A DNA stretch of 64,000 nt from contig NC_043007.1 of assembly GCF_006345805.1 (NCBI RefSeq), forward strand, positions 58,156,001-58,220,000, in the 5' to 3' direction. A program made the translations under genes and the position numbers. Source of the stretch: Octopus sinensis. Its lineage: Eukaryota. Under the pieces are notes generated by a model. It saw only the letters and a list, made by a program, of their open reading frames with translations. It did not search any database and was not told the DNA's origin. Of this stretch, positions 26,143 to 39,739 are shown piece by piece; position 1 is the stretch's first letter, and every line of letters begins with the position of its first letter.

Positions 26143-29100
26143 TCAGGTCGCTCTTGAGTACTACTGGTAACATGTAATCCAGGTCAACCTGTCACATAGT
26201 CGGGTCATCGGCGACTAAGCTGGCAACCCCACCATGCTTGCTTGGTGAGGGGGTGTTGTTGGACACCCTGCGGGATAAAAATAAGATCCGTCAAAGGGTG
26301 GAGGAACTCCTGAACAGCCAACGGCCATCCAACAAAAATATCTGTAAATATGTATATATCTTTTTTGTATGTATATGTATATATATATTTACTTATATAT
26401 ATATATATATATATATATTGCATATCTTTTACTTTTATATATTTATATATAATTCTTATTTACATTTGCAAATTCCATATCGTATTTTTCTTCTTTTTTT
26501 ATGTATGAATGAGCTACTCCGCGTCGGTCACTGGAGTGATATTTGATCATTTTATAGAGTGTCTGAGTGTCGGTTTGGTGTCTGGAGTGGGATAGCGTAC
26601 CACATGGGCAGATAGAAGCTTTTTAACCTTGGTTGGTAATCTACCTAGGAGAAGGAAATCTCCGAAATAAAACCTGAGGCCTTGGAAGTTCCTGGTTTTG
26701 TCAATTTTCAAGTCACACCGACGAAAGTCTTTTGGGCCAATAGGTGGGGGTAGTGCAGTGCTAGCTACACCCACTGAAAATTATTCATCTGCACAGGTAC
26801 TTCCTGTACTCTGAATCTTAGTAAAATCATTGAATTGGCTGGCTGGCAGAAACCTAAAAATGCACTTGGAACTTGCTCTATAATGTCTCAGATTCATTAA
26901 ATGGCAAAAAAGGCTTGGCAACGTCAGAGGAACAAGTCTGGCTCGGAATGTGTCCCAGTGTATCACAGGCTGGAACCGGCCGTCATCCTGCCACTGTGGT
27001 CAAACAATCTTCAAGAAAAAGTAAAAATAAACATCCTTTGAATTTTGGCTGTTGAAATGTACGCACACTTTTAGATGATAATTTCAACAAGAGGCCAGAA
27101 AGGCATACTACACTTATTGCATGTGAACTTAAGAAATATTGCCTTGATATAATTGTGCTCTATGAAATTCGTATCTCTAGTGAAGGTCAAGTAAATGAAC
27201 CTACTAATGGACATACTACCTTTTGGAGAGGCCTACCTAAGGGTCGGCGTAGAGAATCTGGCGTTAGGTTTGCTCTCAAGAAAACATTAGTATCCTCCAT
27301 TGCAGAGCAAGTGTATATCTGAATGAACCATGTCATGCCGTATTAAACTGACAAATGGTAGGTTTCTTATCGTTGTCAGTATTCATGCACCAACAATGAC
27401 CCATTCTAATGAAACTGTAGGACAGTTTTATGATGATCTAGCACAATTATTGAGAAAAGTATCAATTTCTGACAAGCTGGTCATACTGGTAGATTTCAAT
27501 GCAAGAGTTGGAAAGGACTGTTTCATGGCCTGCTTTAGGTCGAAATGGTGTTGGAAAATGTAATAAAAATGGAGTAGATCTTTTGATGTTTTGTACTAAG
27601 AATAATCTGATTGTCACCAACACTCTGTTTAAGCAGAAAAATAAATATCAAACAACCTGGATGCACCCGAGATATAAGCACTGGCATCTCATAGATTATA
27701 TTCTGATCAGGGAACGTGATGTGAAAGACGTTCTAGTGTTCGGGCTATGAGAGGGGCAGAAAGGTGGACTGACCATCATCTAATGCGTGGGAAAATAGAT
27801 TTTTCGATAATGCCTAAAAATCGACAGACTGGTCCTAAGGTACCCAAAAAAGTTTAATATTGCAAACTTTAAATTATCAAGCAACTTGCAAAGATTCCAC
27901 GATGCTACAGAAAGTATCAATCTTGACCCAAACAATCTATGGGAAGATTTCAAAGCAAAGGTATTTCAGGTTGCAAGTTCGTTAGTGGGGTTTAAATCAC
28001 ATAAGTTCAGTGGTTGGTTCTCAGATAGATCAGCAGAAATTTATGATCTACTTTTAGAAAAACAAAACTTAGGCAATACACTACTTTCAGAAACCTGAAA
28101 AGGAAAGTGCAGACTGCTCTGAGGAAAATTAAACAGGAATGGCGGAATGATTGAGCAAAAGGGGCACAAGAAGCAGCTGATAGAAATGATGCCAAGTGTT
28201 TGTATTCTTATGTTAATGAGGTATATGGCCCAAACTCTTCTTCAGTCACAACAACAAATGAACGTTTGCTTCTGACTGACACCGCTTCTAATTTTTCTGC
28301 ACTTTTGAATAGACCATCATTCGCTGACGTGAGGACTATAGAAAAAATCGGACACCTTCCAATTATAGAAGATATGGCACTTGAACCAACTCTAAATAAC
28401 ATTTATTTAGCTATGAATACGCTGAATAACAATAAGTCTCCAGGGTCTGATGGAATCTGTGCAAAAGTCTTCAAATATGGGGGTGACAAAATGTTTGAAC
28501 ACTTAAATATATTTATTTGTCACTGTTGGAGAACTGAGAAAGTACCTCAAGACTGGATTGATGCCATTTTAGTCTCCTCGTATAAATCGGGGCCATAGGA
28601 TCTGTGTGGTAATTTTCGTGGGATTTCGCTTTTGTCTGTGGTGGGAAAAGTACATGCCCGCATTTTGTTAAGACGTTTAAATACCTTTATAATTCCAATA
28701 TAGTGTCTGAGTTTCAGTGTGGTTTTCGTTCTCCAGGGTCACAGCTGATTATATTGAACATAATCTTTCCCTATATCATTGCTTTGTTACTTTGTTTATT
28801 TGAGAAAAGCATTCGATACTATTAATCGGAATGCTCTGTAGCTAATTCTAAGGAAAATAGGTTGCCCAGAAAAATTTGTAAACATAGTCAGGGCTTTGCA
28901 TCAAGATATAAAAGCTAGAGTTAATTTTAGTGGTAGGCTCTCTGAATCTTTTGCTGTGGAAAATGGAGTAAAGCAACGAGACCTTGAGACACCCACCCTC
29001 TCTGCAATATACTTTGTTGTTGTGTTGTCACATGCTTTTAAAATCTCTGAGGGGGTTATTTACATAAAATATCGAACAACAGGGAATGTTTTTAATCTGA

Positions 29101-30352
29101 CCAGACTGAAATCTAAAACGAAGGTTTTTACTTCACTCAGGGAACTTTTGTTCGCTGACGATTGCGATCTTGTTAGTCATTCTGAAACAGGTCTGCAGTT
29201 TTTTGTATCTGCATTTGAATCGGCTTGTGTTGATTTTGGCTTGACCATCAACTTGAAAAAAAAAACAGTTGTAATGCATCAACCTGCGTGTGGTGCTGTT
29301 TGTAACCACACTAAAATTTTTGTGAAGGGAAAGTTACTTGAGATTGTCGATTCGTTCATCTACCTTGGAAGCTCTGTTCAAAATTATGGAAATTTTGATA
29401 CAGAAAGACAGGTGCGAATTCAAAGGGCAGCAAAAGCATTTGGTAGCTTGGAGTCACGCGTTTGGTGCCAGCGACATATAAATAAGAGTACAAAGCTGAC
29501 TCTTTACAAATCATTTGTCTTTCCATCTCTATCGTATTCCTGTGAAACTTGTACATGTTATGAAAGGTATTTCAAATTGTTAGAAGAATTCCACCAAAAA
29601 TGCCTTCATCGCATTTTAAAAATTAAATGGATTTCTTAAACTTCACACACAGATCTCTTCTCATCTGCAAGCATCGCGACAATTAAATCTATGATTTTAA
29701 GGAATCGAATGAGATGAACGCATGCCGAAACAGCTGTTTTATGGTGAGCTTACAGACGGGAAACGCTATCGGCGTAATCCTAACAAAAAAGGTTTAAGGA
29801 CGGCATAAGGACCATTATGAAGTCACTTGGAATAGATCCAGTAGACATAGGAACCCTTGCTTCGGATCGAGTCGGATGGCGAACAAAAATGTGGAGTGGA
29901 GTGGAAGCATTTGAAGAGGCCAGGATAACGCATGTAAGACTCAAAAGAGATCTAAGGAACAATGTAACGATAAAGAAGCTGAATGACAATGAACTTTTTG
30001 TGTGCACAATCTGTGATAGACCATTTATCTGGCCTCAAATCTCATCTACGAGCGCATGGAAAACGAACCTCAACCAACTATTGTGACTATATGTCTGTGC
30101 ACACCTTTAAATGTAGTGTATGCCAGAAGGTTTGCAAATCCAACGGATGCCTCGAAAGACATTTTAAGATCCACACAGATCAGAACTTATCTGCAGCTCT
30201 TGGTGGTCCAAATCGGATGCGCAATCTGTGTGGATGTCTTTTCAGAACATTTGTTTAAAAAGCCACATTTGATGCCATTATGGTGCTAAGGTGTAGGTAC
30301 AGGAGGCGGTCGAACTCTGCATAATGAGTAGACATATGTATGTATGATGTAT
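26143..30352 (+). mobile_element. Near-full-length decayed RTE-clade LINE (5'UTR, APE, RT, C-terminal C2H2 fingers)
   Basis: APE: NFGC*NVRTLLD, DFNARVG, TWMHPRYKHWHLIDYIL. RT: KSPGSDGI, GVKQ, ELLFADDC, YLGS. 3' zinc-finger-like segments. Flanked by (GTAT)n on both sides; many stops and frameshifts. Confidence 0.93.
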
Positions 30353-30708
30353 GTACGAGGTTGAGTTGACAAATGAAAGAGGCACTCAATACATCTAGTA
30401 AAAGTTGCATATATTATTATTTAAAACAGTTTGATGTGACTCCATGCCAAATTTTGTTGGCTTCTTACAGAACCCTAGCTTATCAGCCTCCGTTAGACGA
30501 ATGGGGTCCAAGATGGCTACTGGAGTATGGGCTGCTATTGCTCAAGTCAGCTCACATGGTATTATTAGAAGTGAGATCAACATACCAGCGGCACCAAATC
30601 ACACTGTCATGCCTGTGCTTATATATTACATACATACACACACACCACACGCAGATAGATAGATAAATAGATAGACCGACCGACAAACAGATAGAAATAT
30701 AGCTACAT

Positions 30709-30886
<178 letters not shown>

Positions 30887-31155
30887 TATACATACTTACA
30901 TATACACAGACATACATACATGTTTACATACACACATAGATACACACATAGATACACACATAGATACATACATACATACATACATACATACATACATACA
31001 TACATAGTTCTCAGAAAGATTTAGCGTGACATACAATGTGACAAGGCTACATACATACATGCATGCATGCATGCATACATACATACATACATACATGCAT
31101 ACATACATACATACATACATACATACATACATACATACATACATGCATACATACA

Positions 31156-31335
31156 TAGTTCTCAGAAAGATTTAGCGTGACATACAATGTGACAAGGCTT
31201 CTTTGAATTGCAGGTACAACTCATTTTTGCCGGCTGAGTGAACTGGAGCAACGTGAAATAAAGTGTGTTGCTCACAGACGCAACGCGCCGCCGGGAATCA
31301 ACCTCAGGACCTTACGATAGCGAGTCAAACACCTT
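31156..31335 (-). mobile_element. tRNA-derived SINE, third family (OR2-like), with a locally duplicated 3' piece at ~31005-31049
   Basis: Minus-strand head ggcgcgtaggttagtggttaaggtg...gaggttgattcccgg (A/B-box-like). tagttctcagaaagatttagcgtgacatacaatgtgacaaggct occurs twice and matches 45480-45524. Confidence 0.75.
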
Positions 31336-32394
31336 AACCACTAACCTACGCGCCTTCGCCTATGTAACTATGTACACAATCACACGCGTAAATGCAAATA
31401 CACAATCACACACATTGACATATATGTAAAATAACGCAGATATATTAGAGTACAGTTATAGCGAGACCCAAATAGGTTCTCCAACTGAAGTTCGACCGGC
31501 AATTATAAAAAAACCGGAAGCGGAAAGATCAGTGGATTAAAGAGATGGAGGGAATCGAGCTGGGGGAGACCATGGAAAGGTTAAATATTGAAATAGTGAG
31601 ACAATGGTAGTGACGGTAGGCATAAGTGTGAGTACAATGACTGCATATGGCGGTGTTGTTTTTGGTGGTGTCAGTGGAGGTAGTGGTTGTGGTGGTGGTG
31701 GTGGTGGTGGTGGTGGTGGTTATCGTCGCATTGGTAGTCGTTATAGTGGTGGTGATTGCAAGTACATGACAGTGGTGGTAATAATGGTGACTGTGAGGAA
31801 GTGATGGTGGTGATGAGGATGATATCCTGATAGCGGTGGTGCTGCTGCTGACGAAAGCGGTAATCACTACCTCCACGGTCACCAACCTTGCCTTCGCCAC
31901 ATCCGCCCGCACATCCTCCACCCTCAGCACCTCCACAGTTGCTACCACCGTCATGTACTTGCAATCACAACCATCACCATCAACACCTTCAGCAGCAGCA
32001 GAAGTGTCGTCGTCATCATCATCGTCATCATCATCATCATCATGCTGATGATGATAATGATGATTATAATTATTATCATTATGATGGAAATGATGATGAT
32101 GATGATGATGATGACGACGACGACGACGACGAAGGCAGCCTCGACTACCACGATGATATGGTGTTGGTATTGACAGTCGTAGTATGGCCATTAACAGTGT
32201 GTGAGATCATCTTATTGTCCAGGTTGTAGTGTTATAAGTGTGTTGCTAACTCCTATCTAAATGCGTGTATCGCGTGTCTCACATGTCACTGCCTTGTCGC
32301 TAATGAAGTGGACACGAATGATTTTCAACAGTATCATCAAACACATACGCTCATACACACGCTCACACACACACGCTCACACACACACACACTT

Positions 32395-32436
<42 letters not shown>

Positions 32437-32784
32437 CATATCCCCTCCCTCTCTCGCTTACTCTATTTTCCTCTCCTGTGCTGATTCAGTTATTTCTTTC
32501 TTTTCTTCTCTCTTTTTCCTCTCGTTCCCGTTTTTCCTCGATACCCGCATACACACACACCGCCATGCACATAGTCACATTCAAACAAGTTCATTGATTT
32601 CCCTCTTTCTCAGCGCGTGTGCGTCTGTGTGTGTGAGTGTGTGTGTAACGCGCGCGTGTGCGTGTGTAAACAAGATCATTACAAGTACGGCCTTAAAGAC
32701 TTGTAAACGTTTATGTTACAGCTAAAATACACACACACACGCACACACACACACACACACACACGTATATATGTATATATATAT

Positions 32785-32824
<40 letters not shown>

Positions 32825-32831
32825 GTAATAT

Positions 32832-33399
32832 ACAGGATGGGAGAAAAGTAAGTAGGCATTACAAATTGGTAATAAAATCCATGTTCCTTTTACAAATTTA
32901 TTGAAACAAATGATATGCTTTTTTATTACATGGGGAAATGAAAGTAAACTTCGTATTTCAATGTGGGAACCGGTGGGGTCAACCGGTTTTTTTAAAGGCT
33001 GTTCATTCCAGGGATGGAATGAACAGCCTTCTAAAGAACGTCGTCTGGGATATCATATAAAATCTCTTGAGTTCGTGTCTCGAAGTCCTCCAGCGTGCGA
33101 GGTTTTGTCTTGTATATCTCCTCTTTTTTGTAAACCCACAATGGAGTGAGATGTTGACTTCTTAGAGCGCTAGACTTCTGGACTTCTGCGGTCACAATGT
33201 TCAGGTTTCATCCTGCACGTTCTAGGATTTCCACGGACGAAAATTCAATTCTTTATGCAACACTGTACGTATTGTGTGTCTTGTTAGCCCACGAGCTGCT
33301 TGACGTGTTGATTTCTTGCACTGTTGCCACGTCCTCCGCTGATCGGAATGTTGTTCGACGACCTCCTCTTCTTGCATCGTTCACAGAGCCCGTGGTCAC
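32832..33399 (-). mobile_element. Truncated Tc1/mariner element, same family as 61690-62561
   Basis: Terminus caggatgggagaaaagtaagtaggcattacaaattggtaataaaatccatgttcctttt is the reverse complement of 62503-62561. tgaccacgggctctgtgaacgatgcaagaag is shared. Confidence 0.88.
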
Positions 33400-33408
33400 A
33401 CACAAACA

Positions 33409-34670
33409 CGAGGGGTGTTCATTAAAATTTCCTCTGGCCCACTTCCCAAGGACTGGGATAAACTAGACTTGAAATAGTTATTAGCTCTTCTCCACATAGC
33501 CACCACCAACGGGGACATACTTCTCCCATCACTTTATGCAGCTGTGAAGACCTCGTCTGTAGAAGTCGGTAGCTTACGTCTGGAGTCAAGACTTTACCTC
33601 GGAAATAAGTTCATCATCATCCGAAAAAGTGTTTCCCCTTCAAAAAGACTTCATGGTTGGAGAGAAGTGAAAGTTAGATGGTGCTAGTCGGGAGAGTAAT
33701 GATAGTGAAGAAGGATTTCATAGCCGCAGCAGTGTGCTTTCCTCTGGGTAACATGCGCGTTTTCTTGAAGGAGGCGAAATCCTTTGGTCAGCATGCCACG
33801 CATCTCTGCTTTCATGGCGACCCCAGTTTCTGCAGCAGAGAAGTAAAATATGCCCCGTTAATTGTGGTGCCGTTTGCCAGAAAATCCGTCATCACTACTC
33901 CGTGCAGCTCCCAAAGACTGTGAGCATTACCTTGCCTGCTGAGGGTTAGATGCGAGATTTCTTTGGAGGTGGTGATTTATCATGCTTCTATTTGCTTCGA
34001 CTGGATTTTAGTCTCAGGATCATAGTGATGGACCCATGTTTCTTCCCGTGTGATAAGTCTGCAAGAAAGCCCTCCTTATTTTCTTGGCACATTGCCAAAA
34101 GTGTCTGGAAGCAGTTGACTAGCTCCTGCTTCTGTAAAGGTGTGAGTATCTGGGGAATCCATCGTGCAGACAACTTCCGCATGTGCAGATGATCGTGAAT
34201 GATTTTTTTCCATGAACCCTACACTTATCTTTACTTGTTCGGCTAGTTGGCAAATAGTTATGAGCGATCTTCCAAAATGGCAGCTTACACTTTATGGATG
34301 GTGTCATCATCAATGGCAGAATGTGGTTGTCCAGGAATAGGAGCAGTTTCCACTAATGTCTGACCACATTTGAACTGGTGATGCCAGTGCTTGACTACGT
34401 CGTATGATGGTGCATCCTCACCACAAACTTCTTTCATCTCACCAAAAGTCTCTTTCAGTGTACCTGATCACTGATCACTGATCTGCATTCAACTGCCTCC
34501 TTTATAACACCTTAGTCCACTTTAACAGCCGTAAAAGACAAACGAATACTAGTGGAAAGCTGCAATTTACAATGTGACATGTAGAGATGTGTACAACTAT
34601 ACTTGTAAAGTTCCATTTCCTGCCATAACCAGAAGCGGGTCAGAGGAAATCTTTAATTGAACACCTCTCA
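33409..34670 (-). mobile_element. Full-length decayed mariner, related to 49793-51000
   Basis: TIRs cgaggggtgttcattaaaatttcctctggcccacttc / gaagcgggtcagaggaaatctttaattgaacacctctca. Remnant MRKLSARWIPQILTPLQKQE. Confidence 0.92.
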
Positions 34671-34694
34671 TGTGTGTGTGTGTGTGTGTGTATT

Positions 34695-34862
34695 ATCTTT
34701 TATCTTCTACTTATTTATCACTTGACTGTGGGCATTCCGTGGCACCGCCTGGAAGGGTTTTAGTCGAGCAAATCGGCCCCAGAAAGTTTTAAGGCCTAAT
34801 ATTTATTCTATCGGACCGCTAGGTTATGGGGACATAAACACACCAGCACTGGTGAGATGGGA
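34695..34862 (-). mobile_element. SINE 3' half (OR1-like)
   Basis: Reverse complement of the 12790-12955 sequence (gcaccgcc...ttagtcgagcaaatcggcccc...tattctatcgg...gggacataaacacaccagc). Confidence 0.7.
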
Positions 34863-34898
34863 CAAACGCATAAACAAACACACACACATACACATACG

Positions 34899-36375
34899 AG
34901 CCCTTAACACGTCTATTCAATATGTCATTGGCGACGGGTGTTATACCTGCGGACTGGAGAACAGCGATAATCTGCCCAATTTTCAAGAAAGGGAGCCGCG
35001 AAGACCCGCTTAACTACCGACCGGTTTCCCTTACATCAATAATCAGCAAGATGTTCGAAACCATCCTTAAGAAAAGTATGATGCTCCACCTCCAAAACAC
35101 AGCCACTATCTCTGATTCCCAACACGGCTTCGTGCCGAAGAGATCATGCTTGACCAACTTACTGGTAATGGAAGATTTGGTGATGCGCATCCTCGATGAT
35201 AGTGAAGCTGTTGACATCGTTCTATTGGACTTTGCCAAAGCTTTTGACTCGGTAAACCACCGCCTATTACTTGTCAAGCTTCAAGCATATAGTTTCCATC
35301 CGAATATTGTACGATGGGTTGGTGCCTTCCTCGCAGATCGCTCCTTCCAAGTCCAAGTTAATGGTTCGCGGTCCGACGTCTCCAGTGCGAGCAGTGGCGT
35401 GCCTCAAGGTTCAGTGCTTGGGCCCTTATTGTTCTTAGTCTTCATAAATGACTTGCCCGACGACCTCACGCAACACACCCTTCTGTTTGCCGACGATGTC
35501 AAACTGGTCGCTCCTCGCGGTGATATAGAGGATCTTCGTCGATGCCTCCACCAAATTTGGAGATGGTCTAACGAATGGGACCTGTGTCTGAACGTGTCAA
35601 AGTGCTGTCATCTGCCTGTTGGCTCTCCTCCTGCATCTCAACTTGATTTCGAGCCGGGTCGTCTGCTGCTGGAGAGGACCGATCAGGTAAAAGACCTGGG
35701 TATCTTGGTGGATTCCTCCTTTTCGCCTTCGGCCCAGTGCGTCCATGCTGCCAACAAAGCACGCGGAGTTCTGTTCTTGATTCCACGGTCATTCGGAATG
35801 CTCACAGCAGCCATATTCCTACCGCTCTATGTCACGCTGGTGAGACCCATATTGGAGTATGGGATTCAAGCCTCTTCTCCTTATCTCCTCAAAGACATAC
35901 AGCATCTCGAAAGAGTCCAGAAGCTGGCTACCCGCATGGTTCTTGGTCTCAAGAATTCGTCTTATGAAGAAAGGCTGAAGACGCTCGACCTTTATTCTCT
36001 AGAAAAACGACGACGCCGTGGTGATCTCATTCTTGCTCACAACATCATAAGCGGAAAGTGTAACCTCTCGAAGGAGCTGTTCTTCACTCCTTCTCCAGAG
36101 CGTCGGCTGCGGGGTCATTCCGAAAAGCTCTATCTGCGACGATTTCATCTCAATCGAAGGAGAGGGGCTTTCTCTGTCCGGGTTGCGGATCCGTGGAATA
36201 AGCTGCCGGACGAGATGGTGAAGATGCCGACGACCGCTCGGTTCAAAGTCTCCCTTGACCACAAGTGGCCTGAACTCTTTACATGAACACCACCCTGTAC
36301 ATAACTCCATGTCCACCTACATGGCCTTGCTTTTTTGCTTTTTGAGCCAAAAAAATTAACTAACTAACTAACTAA
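34899..36375 (+). mobile_element. 5'-truncated CR1/L2-group LINE with (CTAA)n tail inserted in a (CA)n array
   Basis: Starts mid-frame (EPLTRLFNMSL), has a short 3'UTR and tail ttaactaactaactaactaa. GC content is much higher than the flanks. Confidence 0.93.
34922..36286 (+). CDS. LINE reverse transcriptase ORF2 fragment (454 aa, uninterrupted)
   Basis: NYRPVSLTS, QHGF, LDFAKAFDSV, SGVPQGSVLGPLLF, LFADDVKL, KDLG, LVRPILEY, LERVQ, RRRGDLI, LRGH. Confidence 0.93.
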   Translation: MSLATGVIPADWRTAIICPIFKKGSREDPLNYRPVSLTSIISKMFETILKKSMMLHLQNTATISDSQHGFVPKRSCLTNLLVMEDLVMRILDDSEAVDIVLLDFAKAFDSVNHRLLLVKLQAYSFHPNIVRWVGAFLADRSFQVQVNGSRSDVSSASSGVPQGSVLGPLLFLVFINDLPDDLTQHTLLFADDVKLVAPRGDIEDLRRCLHQIWRWSNEWDLCLNVSKCCHLPVGSPPASQLDFEPGRLLLERTDQVKDLGILVDSSFSPSAQCVHAANKARGVLFLIPRSFGMLTAAIFLPLYVTLVRPILEYGIQASSPYLLKDIQHLERVQKLATRMVLGLKNSSYEERLKTLDLYSLEKRRRRGDLILAHNIISGKCNLSKELFFTPSPERRLRGHSEKLYLRRFHLNRRRGAFSVRVADPWNKLPDEMVKMPTTARFKVSLDHKWPELFT

Positions 36376-36449
36376 CACACACACACACACACATACACAC
36401 ACATATATATATATATATAAATATATATGTATGCATGTATGTATGTATG

Positions 36450-36486
<37 letters not shown>

Positions 36487-39400
36487 GAGAGAATCCTTTC
36501 ACTTACCTTCTACCAAATCCACTCACAAGGCTTTGATCGTCCTGAGGCTACACTAGAAGACACTATTTGCAACAAGCCCAGAAAGGACTACACTGTCTGG
36601 TTAATAAACTTACGTTAACTGTCTCTAATGCTGTTTATATTCTTATTGTTAATAATTGCTAGAATATCCGCTAAATTAGTTGTACTGGAATGTGCAAACT
36701 CCACAGTATATCTACTGAATTTCTAACAATATATGCTAGAGGAGGGAGTGTATTTGCCTAATGCATTAAAGAATATTTCCCGAATATCTGTGGCTACCTG
36801 AACTGCGTATGGTGCATTATACTGTGGCATTTCTATTAAGTAATCTAGATTTATCATTTTTTTTCTACCACTCTCAATGTTAAAAGCAATTCCATTCCTA
36901 TTTGTGTCACAATAATGATTCCTATTCTTTTGATGCTTATTACATCTGTGCTTTTGCGAGCGTTGACCACTGTCTTTAGATATATTGTGTATTTTCTTCA
37001 GGAATATAAAATACCTTCTTGATACATCCTGCCGTAGCTTTATTATAGTATTCTGTACAAAAATCTCTCCATTAGCTCATAGATTAATTATTCTCAATGA
37101 AACGTAACTCTAGGAAGGTTGTTTTTACTGATGCATTGTAGGTCTTAAGTGTGTTTGTGGCACGCATGATAAAATTCAGTACAAAGGTCTAATGTTACGC
37201 CTCGAAAGTTCACTATTCAGTCTGCTCTAAAAAACTAAAGTCCTAAGATTAAAAAAAAGTTTTTAAAGCTTTTCCCTATTTTGATCTATTATTTCATTTA
37301 CAGAATTTAAACAGAATGTCGTCTCTATAAAAGCTACCGCCTCCATTTTCAAAAATTTCTTTTTGATGCCATGCGAAATCTGAATCACCTGCTCCCATGC
37401 TTATCTTTTATTTCTTAAGATTATATTTATTCATCCAGTATTTAACGACGAATTCAGTAATCCTTTTCATACCTACCAATATTGTATCCATACGTTGCCT
37501 AGATAGTTGTGAATGTTTCATAGCGAAAACAAGAGCAATGTTGAGAATTGGTGTAATGGAAAAGTAATAGAGATATCTATTTGAATAAATTTTGTAAACA
37601 TTTTATTTTCTATGCCCTTGAATCAGTTGATTACTTCGAAAGAGTTCCACTACAAGTTAAGCTCAATTTTCTTTATAAGCACAGGGATAATACAGTCGGT
37701 TATTTTTTACTTTATTTTTTCTTTTTCCTGTTTCCGAGTTAGATGGACAAATGAGCCCAACGGTAGGATTACTCACAAAACTAGGCTTATAATATAAATG
37801 TCAGTATTATCATAATCATGTTTCATTTAATCAGTTTTTGATGATATAAAACATTGATGTTGATCAACTGGAAAACTACAAGACATGAAATACAATAAAG
37901 TGACGATCACTATTTACACGTAAAGAAGTAAACAAGCAAGAACAGGCCAGAAATCGCCTGACAGTAGACTGATTACCGTTTGAACTTAATAGATATTTCA
38001 ACTGCTCGATTATACGTGAAGGGAACATGGCATAGCATGTTCATTTCATAGGCATGATAAAGCCTGAAATAAATGTACATACTCGACATATATACATACA
38101 TATAAACATATATACTTGTAAACATACACACACACACACACACGCGCACAGAAACAAACAAACAAAAAACATACGGACACACACGGACACACACGTAAAT
38201 ACATAAATACATGCAAACATACCGACAGACACACATATTCCGATATTGATACATCTATTGATATTAATCCCTATATTCAATAATTGACCACTTGGTGTTG
38301 TAAATCAATATTGTTCGTACAACACACACATACATACGTACATACATGCATGAATATATATATATACACACACACACATATACACACGAAAATATATGTC
38401 TGTATGTGTACATATGTATTCATATGTATATATGTATATATGTGTGTAGTATATATTCATAATATATGTGTGTATGTATGTATATATATAATATATATAT
38501 ACTGTATGTATACATATATGTGTGTTTGCGTGTGTGGGCGGGTGCATATATAAGAATCGTTGTTATATAGCATGTTTACACATGTCTCAACATAAGAAAT
38601 GGTTCTACAAGTTGAGAAAACGATTGCTCGCGATGTTCTCGTGTGTTCTCCAAGGACATGAACTTAAGTGAAGGGGTGTTAACCAAGAATTGAAACCATT
38701 TTGAATGCTCACATCGACGAGAACTTGATATATCTTCTATGGTTCTTGCCATTGACATTTATATATAAATCAGATTCCAAAATAGAAATATTGCAACAAG
38801 ATCAAAGAAAAAACGTGTATAAACATAAATGAAATAATGTCAACAGCAATCACAAATATAGATAGAACATGTCTGGCTCTTGCACTGCGCTTTACGAAAA
38901 TCAGCTGAATAACAGATTGTCGCCATATTGAAAGTAATTATAAAAATTAAACTGAAATAAGCATCATCATGGCATTTTTTATTTGCCTGTAGATTAAAAT
39001 GTAATATGCTATTTTGGCATGTATCAATATATTTTACATATATCATTTGCTTGTAATCCTTTATCATAGATATAATTGCTAACATCACCGTAGAAGGTAA
39101 AGAAAGCCTTTTTGCTTATTATAGTGACGTTTAGCTATCTATTTTCATCTTTCCGATATAAAAAAAAACTGATTTTGCCCGAAAGGCGTTTGAGTCTGCA
39201 ACAAGAAAATAACTTCAAAAATATACCTTTATGTTCTATATAATGTTTGAGGTTTCAGTTATCATAGCCAAAGCCATGCTGCAACATTGTTAAACGAGGA
39301 CTATACAAAACAGATTGAAGTGTCACTACTGATACGTAGGTCACGATGTCTTTCTCTCCTTTACCTCGAGATCTACATTGAAAGCGGCTTCAGAGATTAA

Positions 39401-39739
39401 TTCATTAGTGAGATAAAGTTATAAAGGAAAACGTTGGGTAACATTTTAATGAGCCATTCGTTTGCATGTAGTATCCTGAAATCCAATTTGTCAAATGGAG
39501 GTTTCCTCTGGTCAAGTAACTTGAAGCACAAATAAAGTGAACAGCCTCAGTGCAATAACAAACCTATAGCTAAGGTTTAACTCTAAAACCACCACGTAAC
39601 AGGTCCTTGTGAAAATATTGCCTGTAGTCGACAACTTTTGAGGGGTGGAGATACAACAATTTATTTAGAGCAGAGTGCTGATGTAGAAAAATTGAACGAA
39701 TTAACAATGCAAAATCAGATATATCACTCATTTAATAAT

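Noticed and set aside
31270-31335. tRNA gene
   Set aside because: A/B-box-like head continues into a SINE body; no full cloverleaf.
31529-32229. Long His/Asp/Thr-rich ORFs
   Set aside because: Trinucleotide low-complexity sequence open in several frames on both strands; no domain.
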